A DNA stretch of 63,949 bases, the filler included, from Trypethelium eluteriae (Eukaryota): NCBI GenBank assembly GCA_051942245.1. It is 3 parts of 3 records of this genome, joined end to end, with 100 filler letters (N's around TTAATTAATTAA, not from the genome) between each part and the next. Parts side by side here need not be neighbours in the genome. Positions count along the whole stretch, not along the records: positions 44,993 to 63,949 come from JAVECL010000540.1; 2 more parts are not named here. One strand, written 5' to 3'. A model generated the notes under the pieces. It made no database searches, had not been told where the DNA came from, and saw nothing but the letters and a program-made list of their open reading frames with translations. This document shows positions 51,601 to 62,802 of the stretch, piece by piece (position 1 is the stretch's first letter; every line of letters starts with the position of its first letter). The position numbers and the translations under genes were made by a program.

Positions 51601-51956
51601 CCAATGTCTCTAGTCGCACGCTCGACGGAAGATCCTAGGTCTCCTCTCCCAGAAATGCTATAGCTCTGAAGATCTTTCACTTTCGACAGACTGAGGCAGT
51701 AACACCGTCCAATCGCTCTTTCCAGCCGCTTCTCTTGCATCGCATAGTTGCGATCCGGTCGTCGATGGGGCATCAATGAGGAGAGGAGCGCCTCCGGCGA
51801 GGTTCTGTCAATCTCATGGCGGTGGTGCTTGAACCACTGCTTGACCTTGTTATTCTTGAGCCTCTGGCGTGTCAATGCCGTTGGAGGTGGAATCTGGTCC
51901 TCGATTTTCTCGAGCTGCGTCAGGAGCTCACAAAGCGAACTGAAGCTGAGCGACAT
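48642..51956 (-). CDS. ATP-dependent DNA ligase-like protein (atypical, LIG4-related paralog type) with a C-terminal BRCT-like segment
   Basis: Intronless 1104-aa ORF: motif I ERKYDGEY, ILLGELL, WEGLALKP, KMKKDYI and OB-fold LRHPRV. Confidence 0.85.
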   Translation of the reverse strand: MSLSFSSLCELLTQLEKIEDQIPPPTALTRQRLKNNKVKQWFKHHRHEIDRTSPEALLSSLMPHRRPDRNYAMQEKRLERAIGRCYCLSLSKVKDLQSYSISGRGDLGSSVERATRDIGSPAIPPVSVEQVDSSLGELASRSRFSNHNVRQTASTANLDKPLDWLYLRMDPCQAKWLTRIILKDIARFLPGDHQVQSAYHFLLPDLLRFQDSLPDALSLLKTGLACYPAVADPDQQLIYKREASARLRPKVGVKVGRPSFVKARSIQNCLNIVGRRRWSAERKYDGEYCEIHIDMSNESRPIQIYSKSGKDSTEDRSAIHGTIRESLRLGKPDCPIHSTCILLGELLVYNDATEEILEFAKIRNHVLRSGRFIGTENDSPPHRDEHLMMMYHDLLMIDDEMIMNEPYQERRGRLKSIVVKRLGYAMTAQHKYIDFSTADAKERLMEHFAWSITRRWEGLALKPTDAPYFALYETESTSGFRGFVKMKKDYINSMGDEADFAVIGASYNARDAEACGLSNPRWTSFYLGCLENKDDVLQVDAKPRFKVVDLVCCKECIPKADHETLCNYGYLSQHPFRKGEAPESFDISIGDSVSPMQTAFSSPLVVEVLGSAFDKPSGANFYTLRHPRVRKVHLDRSWRDTITFLELQELALNARELAAEGESQELAKWVKVVRETCTESRSTRSRSARSTPITAVSRTRQVSDTTEGTSRTSSSQPSSKQSEPGEPKSNVRSVVDVFVSSRPQQIKPTPAFPSSVFDSNCANENLQLPIFIDTQKIQPMSRPSKPAEPHESLRKISQVASKPAKRTYDDLNEADGSNGIGGHIVVKKARNTSNSDGGQLILVDRGSQSILQAQEPLADITNSPDHRQDSPDTRRLLTEPPDSDQSPNSSTVVSVTPRMPNKTSSGQRDQLMISPPSQIRGKRTGFATVYATSSGVRHSPKPTPIAFTVVRPTFSRCIIYLAPCIARSPWIAEDLISAHGAFCVRTLDHWVRERGFDADPADDSVVYESQSYAGLQKLVLLETRREKASLTVVQQILELELRERVMFLDWRVLEEEMHETTHEGKDDDMNIGKHLFGIVDWDEKERCHYFADSKGVRQRISYQA

Positions 51957-52890
51957 TGGAAATAATTAGAAATTAGAACCCGATCTTTGATGGGCCGGAA
52001 AATGTACATCTTGAAAGAAAGAGCCAAGGCGAGCGCTACCTTCAGAAGTTATTAGGGTAAGCAGTGAAAGTCTTTGTTCACTTGGTTAATGCTAATGCCA
52101 GGCCACCTGTGAATCATGACCTGTATGCCCTTATGCCCCTACTTTCTTCACGCACTGTGCTCGCATTTTTGTCATGGAGGCCTGGAAAGTGTGCAAACAG
52201 TGAGATGCGGCTCAGGGGTTTCCCTTGCTTCCTTCCTTCACCAAGTGATGTTCGAAGCAGAAGGCGGCTGATGCTGTAGAAGGATATCCCGAGAGAGCGT
52301 TGATTCAGCCCGCCCCAACTTCAGCGCCGATCAGGCGGGTCAAATATCTAGCGCATGATCTCGAGGAAAGCACAGAATCACCAGAAGACCTCTATGAGAT
52401 ATTGAAGTCAATTGAACACTTAAGTGACTGGGTTGAATCACAGAAGGTGGCCTTTCTTGAGGGGATCTGCAGTTGTTTTGATCCACATCGCGCTAGCCTT
52501 CGGATGCTCCTTGCTGACGTGCTCGACTACTCCAGAATAGAATTAGTGCAATTCTATGATTATGGAAACGACGAGCGGTGCGAATTACGCGCGTGCAAAT
52601 CAAATGTCCTCGTGTGAGGTTTTCCATCCATTTTGGTTGGCAGCAAAGGCAGTTTACCAGCCAAAATATGCATTCGAAGTTTTGAATAAAGAGCCACGCC
52701 AGCAGACTCCGTCATGCCGGAAGAAGAAATACTCCGCCTGATGCCTAAAGCTAATGTAGGGACGTGGAAGTCCTTAAGAGAGCGTTAAATGTGAATAGAA
52801 ACCTTCCAAAATATTCCGGACTCCTCTAACACGTCAAGCTTTCCATATCCTCACCCAGTAGTCATGCATACCTTCAGGTAGTCTCGACGC

Positions 52891-54174
52891 TCATTCGCCA
52901 GTCACCCGCGTCCCATCCCAATCGCGACTCAGTCTAGCATCACTATCCGTACCGAACCACGTCGTCTTCTTGATCTTGCCCTGCTCCATTGTGTTCACAT
53001 CACCTCTGATACCTTGTAACGGGAAGGTCTCATCACCCGCTCCAACTTCTGCCGCCCTATCCGCCTCCACGCTCGCCACGTGAGCAGCGGCGTGCCTCGC
53101 AGGGTAGTACTGGGCTGCCTGGCCTGGAAAAGTCAGCTTTCGGGCCAGGTTAGCCTTCTCCTCCATGTCATGGGCGTAATCCGATTGCTCGGAGGGCCGG
53201 GGACGCCCCTCAGGCTGGGAAAGGGCACGCCGAGAGGGTGATGAGCGCAGAGAGTAGTAGGTGGAAAGTGAGGAGGTGACGACGCGGTAACCAGGGCGGA
53301 GGCAGGGGATGCTAGCGGTGATGATACCAATGCAAACCTCCCACGTGCGGAAGTGCCAATTCGGGATGGACTCCCAGGTAGCGTCATCGTTGATCGTCTG
53401 CCAATTGAGGACCGTGCGAACGATACAGAGTGCTCCTGTGCTGAATTTGGAGGCCAGATATCAGATATGACGTTGTGAAGATACAAGTAGAGAAGTGAAA
53501 GGGCGTGCTCACATAATGCCTAAGGCCATCAAGGTACAAAGGCCAGCCTTGATACGGGTTGAGATTTGGACCTTCCAAAGGATTACGATGGGGAAAAGAG
53601 CTAGCAGGAAATCCGAGATGATAGAGATGATAGCTTGAGCAATAATAATTCGTTGTAGTTGAGCGTCCGTCATACAATGTCCTGGCTTGCTCTTGTTCCA
53701 AGCTTTTGGGATCGGCCAGCATTGGAAGATCCAGATAAAGGTGAGGATGATGTTGCTGACTATTAAAATAGCGATGAAGCTCTGGATAGGTCTAATATAC
53801 TTTTTTTCAACTGGCAAGCGTAGAAGAAAGAAGCAGATGGACAATTTAGTGAACATGAGAGTCTGGAATGTTTGAATCCACTCTCCATAGGAATATTTTT
53901 CATATTCACTATAATTCCATTCACCAATGTAGACTCTATGACGACCGAATCCATAGTGAACTTGCACCAGGACTAACGCACACCCAATACTTACACCAAA
54001 GACAGCGCCAACAATCGTATAGTCATCCCAACCAACTTTTCGAACAATCCAGATTCTCGTGATCAGACGTAGTGCTACAACAATAGCAGCAAGAATAGGA
54101 GCAAGGATGGCAATGCCGACGATACCAGCTTGCCGAGTAGCATTCTGAACTGGATGTGGTTCTGACCCACCCAT
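52891..54174 (-). CDS. PTH11-like rhodopsin-domain integral membrane protein without CFEM; intron 53441-53512
   Basis: VALRLITR..GWDDY, YGFGRH, FTKLSICFFLLR and FQCWPIPKAW. Splicing restores EVCIGIITASIPCLRP and joins ORF 52891-53166. Confidence 0.9.
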
Positions 54175-56402
54175 TCTTGATCCAGACTCGCAAAATTCTG
54201 AATTAGATGAGATAGGCTCCAGGAAAGACTCGCGGGTTTAGCCTTGGAAATGACTTTGAAAGAACGAGTCGGGTCCCAAACAAGAGAGAAGGTGAAGATA
54301 TATCCTCAGCTTTGTATGGTAACAAATAGCCTTAGGCTGAGTTTCATCTGACTCGCCATCGCAAAAGCTGCACGGCGAGATAGTGGCTACGCTCAATCGC
54401 TGCAGTCATTGTTACACGATAAAGACGCCTCAGTGCCCCATTTTCCATTCTTTTTCAGTAGTACATAGCGCAACAGAGACATGTAAAAATGTTTTTGCGA
54501 GTAATGAATTGCATGATTGAGTGGGATTTCGAACACGGCACAAAGAAGATTGGAACAGAGATCGAAATTTTGAACACAATCGACAAAATCTTTCTTTGCG
54601 ATCTTGAAAAATGAGACCAATGATTTGAGAGTTTCCATGTGGGGATCCGATTCGCCCTGCGCGCCACCAACATTTTCAAAGCGGAGGGCTGAAAAGCAGC
54701 TTCTTTGGGCTATATCGGGCTAACTGTACTGCAACCTCCTCTCGCTTGTGACACCCGTAATTAAGACGCTTGCGGCTATGCACGCTATGTACCACGCATT
54801 CCAAGACGGTACGGAAGATACAAACACCAACAACAAAGCCGTGCGGGCGTCTTGTACCGCTTCTCTTCTACGAAGTCGCGATCTGGTGCTAATAAAATCG
54901 GGGGGAATTCTCCGAATGTGCCTTCCACGCTGATAATGATGGTTATGCCGTCCTAGTTGCTAAAGAACGGAACTGCCTCAGACCACGAAGAAAAGGATTC
55001 GCAATTTGTAAGGATGAACTTGCCAGAACCGCAATTAGGCAATCTGCGGCATATGGCAGCCTTGCAAGGCAGACGTGACAATCACCGTTTGCGTCTCGTC
55101 CGCGAGTCCGGTTGCATTGGATCGAAGAAGCAGCAGCTAATACTCACGGACTTTGGAAGCAGTGCACGAATGTTAACAGCAAAAGCGGTTGCCTCCATTA
55201 GACGATACCGGCGCCGAGTCTATGTCATTGAGCAGTCTGTCGCGGCTCCGCTTCCGTCTGAGGATGGACACAGCCTTGAATACTTCGAGGCTCCGCCATG
55301 GTAGCAGGAGCATGAAAGTTGAACATGGGGAAAAGCAAATCTCAATAATCGGTGCTTTAGCAAAGAGCTTCTCAATGACCGCGTATCATCCGCGATTGGA
55401 TCGTCGTTCTTTCGTTCAGCTGCCCAGTACAGTCATGCAAAAAAAAAGTGTCCACTGGCTGGCGTGGGAAAGTTGCTGAGGGCTGCCCGAACACCTTTGT
55501 CCTAGTACTGTAGTTGTGCGCGGGCGGGAAACGATAGAGTTCGCTCACCCTCACCCCCTCAAGGAGACCTGTAGAAAGGGCACTGCTGTAGCCTCTCTTG
55601 TTGCAATGGACTTTGCCGTGGATCGTACAGAAGATATCATTTTGGACCTTCCATATCCTAAGCGCTTATCTGAATGATATTTAGAAGTTCTTCAATGCTC
55701 TCACTTGCTGAGTATGTCATCCTGACTTGAGGAAAACCGGTGATATATGAATAGTGACTTTATTGAAAACCGAAAAAGGGTTGAATGGTGTTGTGCTTAA
55801 GTTTTTGGGTCTTCCTCGTATGCCTCTCACCTTGAAGATTTGCTGAAGCTATGAATATTGGCAGTGAATGAAAATAGAGGTAGGAAGTTTGGAGAGGCGA
55901 GAGGGAAATGATAAGATAAACGAATGAATCGCTGGTACAGTACTAAGCCAAAAGTGCTCGGGCAGCCCCCAGCAATTTTCCCACGCCAGCAAGCGGTCAC
56001 TTTTTCGGCATGATTGTAGATGATAAAAAACCTCGTGGCAGAGTTGACGAGGCCAGCATGGATGGACGAATGCTATGATTATGATAGAGTCTCACTTGAA
56101 TACAGTCATATAGAACGTCCATTGACTGTGTCCAATATTTCATAAATTGTGATTGTTTCCACGGGGGCGTTGCAAGGGGTGTAATGTTGGGTGCAAGAAG
56201 CTGCCGGCTGCATCCGTACGGGCCCCACAACGAAATGACTTTCAAGACAAGCCAATCGACCTACCTAACTACCTTACTTTTGCAATTTCAAAGGACACGT
56301 CCTTCAGTGAAGGTCATCGAAATACCTCATTCTGTTCATTCATAGGTCTTGAATGATCGTTGGATGAACCATATCTTATTGACTCTCCGCTGAATCTCCG
56401 GT

Positions 56403-57280
56403 ATGAGTAAGAGCAGCTCAGAGGGGAAGCTAGAAGACTTCATCCGAAGAGGTGTCAAAAAGTCGTCTTCAGCCGGAATTATCGTTCTGATTGGCTTGCG
56501 TGCACTTGATCCGCTCCTGCAGTATGCAATACTGGGGAGAGGGTTGGGATCCTCCATGATACCAAGAATCGGTGGTACAACTCTTCCTCCTGGCGCACTG
56601 GTAACTACAAACACCATCATCGACAAACTTGGACTGTCGCCACATCGACTTACACTATTCTTGATGACAGTCGGAGCAGTTCTAAAGTCGAGTTATTGGG
56701 CGGCATACACGTCACAAGAAGAGCTACCAGTCGGGTCTGCGGTCCTCATCTCGCTGTACAATTCAGCGTTGAACTCTTTGAACACACTCCTCTTCACCTG
56801 TTCCCAGACGTCAGCGTCTAGCATAGGGGAAAATTTTTCGCAACCGCGACTGCTTGTTGGTTGCATCTTATACATACTGGGTCTCGTTGCGGAAGCAGTT
56901 GCAGAAACTCAACGAAAGCGCTTCAAACAGAATTCGGCTAATGAAGGAAAAGTGTATGACAAAGGCCTCTTCTCTCTCGCTAGACACATCAATTATGGAG
57001 CATATAGTCTTTGGCGGGCTGGCTTTGCTCTGGCTTCGGCGGGGTGGATTTTCGGTTCTCTGATGGGTGCCTACTTTTTCTATGACTTCGCTACACGTGG
57101 CGTACCTGCACTTGATAGGTATTGCCAAGACAGGGTAAGTCTGGCGTCATCCCGCAGGACGATAGATGATGAGTTTCTTGGGTTTCGTCATAAGCTGATG
57201 AGTGTGACCGACAGTATGGGAAGCAATGGACCAATTATAAGGCAAAGGTTCCGTATGCACTTCTGCCTATGATTTATTGA
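56403..57280 (+). CDS. DUF1295 / steroid 5-alpha-reductase C-terminal-like membrane protein; intron 57135-57214
   Basis: AETQRKRFK, GLFSLARHINYGAY, and the spliced end YCQDRYGKQWTNYKAKVPYALLPMIY*. Confidence 0.85.
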
Positions 57281-57869
57281 ATCAAAGACAATCCAATGTG
57301 AAGATGGAGGCCAAGCGGGTGACGCTGCGAACGTATGGACCTAGACAGAGGGATAACATCTGATCAGAGCAGAGGTCAGAAATATTTCACACGGCTCAAC
57401 AAGCGAGCGACGATGTTGTAACCACCGTAACCGTGTTGAAGGATTTCGGAAACGAGTCTAGTCTAGGCTTGAACTCAAAATTCTTTCCATATTGTTGACC
57501 ATAATAATTTGTACTTTTTTTGGTGCCCGACGAGCTCATCATCTTTATTTATTTGTTTCTCCGACGGCCGAGTCAGGCTGATTTTGGTGATGGTTCGAAG
57601 CAGGTATCCCAGCAATTTGGATTGTGCGCAATGAAACAAAGCACTGCCTTGAGCCACGTAAAACCACGTAAAACCACATACACACCAGAGGTCGATGTGT
57701 GACCAGTGAGTGACGAGTGACTACCATCGAATGGGCTCGCTAGGGGGTGTGTGAGCCTGCCTAAACCGCCTTATGCAGCAATCGTCCAGGCACGCGACGG
57801 TTAAGTGATGGGTGCATCAGGAACAGAGCCGTTGGGCACTTTTTCCATAGGGGGTACCGGGGGGATTCC

Positions 57870-58500
57870 TAGATCGGCTGGCGGTTGCGCATCGACGTGA
57901 GACGAAAACGGCGGAGCGATAGGATGATGAGCTGAACGGGCAGTTAAGAGGGCCGGATGAGTTGGGTGAATGGGTGCGCAGGATGGATCAAGGGGAAGGA
58001 GAGAATCGAGAAGTCAGGGATAGAATCGGACGATGAGGATGGATGAAGCTTCAGGCGGTTGGATATGACGCAAGGTGGGCCGGGACCGGGCCTAAGCACC
58101 GTAGGTAAGCAGCGTCAGCGGTGGTAAGAGAGTGGTAAGGGTGGCAAGGGTGACAGTGCTGCGAGACCCTGAAATCGCGGTGGAAGCAGTGAAATCGAAC
58201 GAGGGCCTGGATCGCCGACTCAAAGCGCACCGATCGTGCCTTCGATCCTCGGACCCTGGTCTGTTCCCGGCCCAGCAACCTCGAGATCGCACCCAGGCCT
58301 CATCGATCAATTCACTGCTATGGCCTCCAACTTCGATGACACCGCCAGCAATCGGCGGAATCGAGATGACCGTTTGTCTAAGCATCATCTTGGTTCTGCC
58401 TTTGCGCCCTTTTCTCGACATACTCTCAACCCATCGTCTTCCCGTTTCTGTACAAACTTCAACCTTTGCTTCGCTTTGCATACCGATCGCCTGGCCGACT
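57870..58500 (+). promoter_or_regulatory. Putative frq promoter with a GATC/CGAT cluster (candidate White Collar complex light-response elements)
   Basis: About ten CGAT/ATCG words between 58190 and 58490, plus GCGGTTGCGCATCG near 57881 (reverse complement CGAT..CCGC). Function is inferred from Neurospora frq. Confidence 0.4.
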
Positions 58501-58590
58501 TTTTTCTTTGGCCATCGCGACTGTTCACGACTACACTTACCGCTGGAACCTATGGAACATCACGACTAATCATTCACCAAACTGTGAACC

Positions 58591-61500
58591 ATGGCCTCCG
58601 TAAAGGTCCCTGCGTCACCTGCCACCGCAGGCTCGACTGCGCTGCCCCGACGTCCTCCCGCACACAAGTCCGTATCCTTGATGCATTCGCCTACACGCCG
58701 AACCTTGTCACAGATTCAAAACCACAGGAGTCCTCTACGGCACGTCCAGACTCGAGAGGAGATACAACCCGCGCCCTCGAGCATGAACCGCAACAAGAAG
58801 AACAGTTCAGGAGAGAGCAGTAACGCGGATAATTGGTTCGAGAAATCTAACAATAATGTTTCGCAAGGTAGCAATACCTTCATCGATAGTAGGTGTTACT
58901 CTCGTCAGAGTACGAATGTCCGTGGCTTATGGTTTGGTAGATGACCCGCCCTTCTTCCTGCGCAATTCCTCCTCGTCGGACAGCCCACCAGAGAACCAGC
59001 GACACGATTCTGGCCCTCCGGCAAGTGGAGTAGGAAGAGCACTCTTACAAAGATCAGGGGTCATGAGGTGTGACTCTCAAGGTGGAAGTAGTTCGGAAGA
59101 CTTTAGAAGCGTCATCGATGATCTTACTGTCGAGAATAAGAAGCTCAAGAAAAGATTGAAGAGGTTCGAGAAGCTTCATGATGCCCACCTCCAGAACGAA
59201 AAACTTTTTGAGCTCCGGGTTCATGGTCTTCCGCCTGAGAAGAAAAGGGAACTGGAGGATACCTTGAGGCAATTTGCGCTCAGCCTTGATGGTAGCCCAG
59301 TGAGCGGCTCGCCCCTCCCACGCTTGGAACGTTTCGCACCAGGATTGCATTCCCACAAGACAACCTCATCGTCGCATACTTCAAACCAACAAGTTGCTGA
59401 CTCTGCTTACGCATCAATGTCAGCCTCTGGCCAAGGCTCCTCCGTGCCGGGTTACACCTCCACTGGCGCCAGCAATCGAATCCGATCCTCAAAAGGAGTT
59501 TCAAAGTTGGCCAAATCGAGAGATGATAACATCCAATCCTATCTCCTTGATATCCCCGAAGGCCTATTACCGCGGAGGCCTCCAGTGATGACAGAAAAGG
59601 CTAAGGGCAAGCTGGTAGTTCGTCGGCTGGAACAAATCTTCGCTGGTAAAGGGGCTGCTAAAGAGGGTCATCAGCAACCACTGCAGCAACAGGAGGTCTC
59701 GCAAATGGCAGCGAGGGCAGATCGTAATGAGATCGAAGCTCGTGGACAGCGTGCGGGTGCGGAAGGACACCGTGAGGCTCGCATCATGCCTGAAGAAACG
59801 GAAGATCCCATGTCGTTTGTCAGGTCTAAGCAACCATCTCGATCCGGCCCCAAAGACGTTCTTCCGTCAAATCTGCAGGTCCCTCAGCAAAATACCACGG
59901 ATGAATCATCACCAGAGCAACGGCCAACGAGACCACTCGACTTAGACCCCTTTCGAGCACAGATACCTGCAGAGAATATCGACTATATTCGGCATCTTGG
60001 CTTCTCTCCACCTGATGTTCGCACCATGTCTTTGCCCGAGGAGGGACATGGATGGATCTACCTGAACCTGCTCATCAACATGGCACAACTTCACACACTC
60101 AACGTTACTGCTGATTTTGTCAAGAAGGCCTTGACGGATCATAGCTCGAAGCTTGAGCTGTCAGAAGATGGCCGTAAGGTCCGCTGGCAAGGGGGTCCTG
60201 GGGTCAGTAAAACGAGTAGCGATGGGTCCAGCCCCGTAGAAGTCGAACCGGAGTCCTACTATCGCTCCAAGCATGACAACCGCCGTAGTAAGCGCAGCAA
60301 AGCTAAGAGAGCAGATCAAGCCACCGCACAAGCAAGCTCCGATGGTCAACAGAAATCGACTCATACTGGCGGAACTAATAATCAAGTTTCGTACACACCT
60401 CTTTTCTTCCACCGAGAGCACAGTGATGAAGATTTAGAATCATCGTATGAGGAGTCGGGTTTCGAGGAATCCCCTCAACCTGCGTATGCTACTGGCGTTT
60501 CTTCCGGATTGGCAAGTTCTGGCAGACGAACCAGTTCCTCCCGCAAAAGACAAGATGAGGGTCCCATCATATTTTACAACAAAGTCCGTTTTTGCACTGA
60601 TCTCAGCGGTGATCGAGGGGTTACGACAGAGCGACTACAAAATATTATCGACTATCAAAGCCTGACACCAGATGGCCTTAGCAATGATCGAAACGTCAAG
60701 TGGAATAGACAATCTCTGGATTCAAGTCGAGGGCCTCTTTCACGCGCGGATCAACTCCCCGACCCGATGGATCTAGATGATAATCCCATTCCGGCAGAGC
60801 AGGAGCTTGCCTTCCCTCATGACTCTTCAGCAAAGTCATCGAGTTCTCAAAGTCGCAGGTCGAGTCCAGAACCAGTGGATTTTGAGGTCTCTGGCCTTGG
60901 TGGTGTTTGCCCAGATGACAACTTCGAGATTACCGTCCAAAATCGTCATATGCCTAAAGGTGAACAAAACAGGAACCCACAAGCCGCACACGGCTTTGGT
61001 CAAAAGATCCATCACCATCGGCTTGCCGCTATTCTCGGCTCCGACAAGCGCAATTCACCCCCCACCATAGACGAGCAGATTATCGCTATGAAGAGGAAGG
61101 ATCTACCCCCATCAGCCCTGCCTGCACCTTCGTACTTTCTCACTGAGTCATCGCCTGAGACGGACGAGTCAGACGCGGAAAGCGATTGTTCAGGAGATCC
61201 CAATTCTGAGGACCGTGACGCACCTGCCACTGCACCACAGCCGCTTACCATCCCCGCGGCCAGTAGCGACGAGGACTCGTCAGGAGCGAGTGACGTGGAA
61301 GATGATGATTCCTATGAATCTGACGACTCGGTGGATCTCCTTGCAGCTGCGCGAGAGATTGATCCTGCCAAAATCCAAGCGCAAGAGCGTGAATATGACA
61401 GCGCCGTGGCAGAACGCCTCGCTGAGGAAATTCCGGCTGGCAGTAGCGCTGCAACGGCCGGTGGCGGAAGCGGTTTCGCGAGTCCGGCTAGTGATGTGCC

Positions 61501-61672
61501 AGACACAGGCGAGAACTCGGATGACGAAGATGAGAGTGGGAGTGACAAAGAAACGGCAGAGTGGAACCCATTGAAGGTTTCGGATCTGAATGTGAAGAGG
61601 TACGCTGGTCTGAAACGAAGTAGAACGGGTGATAGTATGGTGGCTAATGGCAAGACACCTAAGTTGGGCTAA
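58591..61672 (+). CDS. frq: Circadian clock protein FREQUENCY (~1009 aa); intron 58889-58940
   Basis: SSGESSNADNWF; coiled coil EDFRSVIDDLTVENKKLK..LFELRVHGLP; FCD1-like LVVRRLEQIFAG; EQRPTRPLDLDP; FCD2-like WIYLNLLINMAQLH; FCTDLSGD; SSAATAGG. Confidence 0.96.
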
Positions 61673-62802
61673 CAGGACTATTTGGGTATGAACGAAAAAG
61701 TGGTAGGCAGTACCACGGAAACGTGACGATTGGTCAGCCAGCGATAGGAAGATTGGGCTCACCCTCAGCTGTGGGCACAACCATGGATGAATGGCTCTTT
61801 GGGAGCAAATGTATTAGCATTTCTAAGATACCCCCGAATTCTTAGGTAGATTTGATCAATACGATGGAAGTGTAAGAACGAGTAAATTCCCGTGAGTCTT
61901 AATACAAAGTGCCAGATGTGATCCGAGAAAAGTGTAGAATCTCAGCGCTGGTGGTGGACGCGATAGGGCTCAGGGTTGTGGTGGCGGCTAGTTCTTAGCC
62001 GCCGCCACTCAATCCTCAGCCGCGGCACTCCTGCATAAGAGTCGCGTGGAGATGGGCCCGACGGACGCGTTGAGCTTCCAGAAGAAGTAAAATCAACTGC
62101 CGCCGAGAGGTCGCAATCAAAATTGGCCCGAATGTCAGGGGCTGAGGAGTAGTCTCGTCCGATCTCTCATCACTCTAACGGCAGTTCAGGACATGACGAG
62201 TGCTGAGCCGCGGGATCTAAGCAAGCATCTTCCCAGCAAGATGGTAAAATAAACTCTAATCGGGTGGATGCATAATTGACGCGCTCCTCCCAAACCGATC
62301 GACGACAAGGACCCGAACGCGTCAAGACCGGAGTCCGATCACGAACCCATCACTCTTTATTTTCCCCATTTCCCCATTTCCCCACCTCCTAAAAGCTATT
62401 GGGTGCCATGTTTCGGATTCGATATTACTCTTCCGCCGTAGTAGCTGATTTCGCGGCCTGACTCGTTCATCATTGTATTCGTGCCACCGACTCATGACAA
62501 CCAGGAGACCATTCGTTTGCTCCCACCTCGCCCAGCCTCTTCATTCGAGAATTTCGCCTTCTGCCCAGCCTGGACCCCTCTATTGATAATTTTGATGTTT
62601 CTCACGATCTCAACGCGGTGACTATTGTTTCTCTCAGCAGCGAAGCGCGGTGTTAGGTCATACCCCACTCGTCACTGCCACAACAATAACAACGACAATA
62701 AACAACTTTCTATTCAATACCAATTGACTCCCCCTCCGTCTTCAATTCACTTCAACAATAGCAAGCATATCCTTTGTCGGTCTCTCCAGCAACTCGTTCA
62801 TC

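Noticed and set aside
52300..52617. 105-aa helical-looking ORF
   Set aside because: TTG start with no supported upstream exon; cannot be distinguished from chance.
54957..55304. Kinase relic suggested by LILTDFGSS
   Set aside because: No HRD, VAIK or Gly-loop motifs nearby; probably chance.
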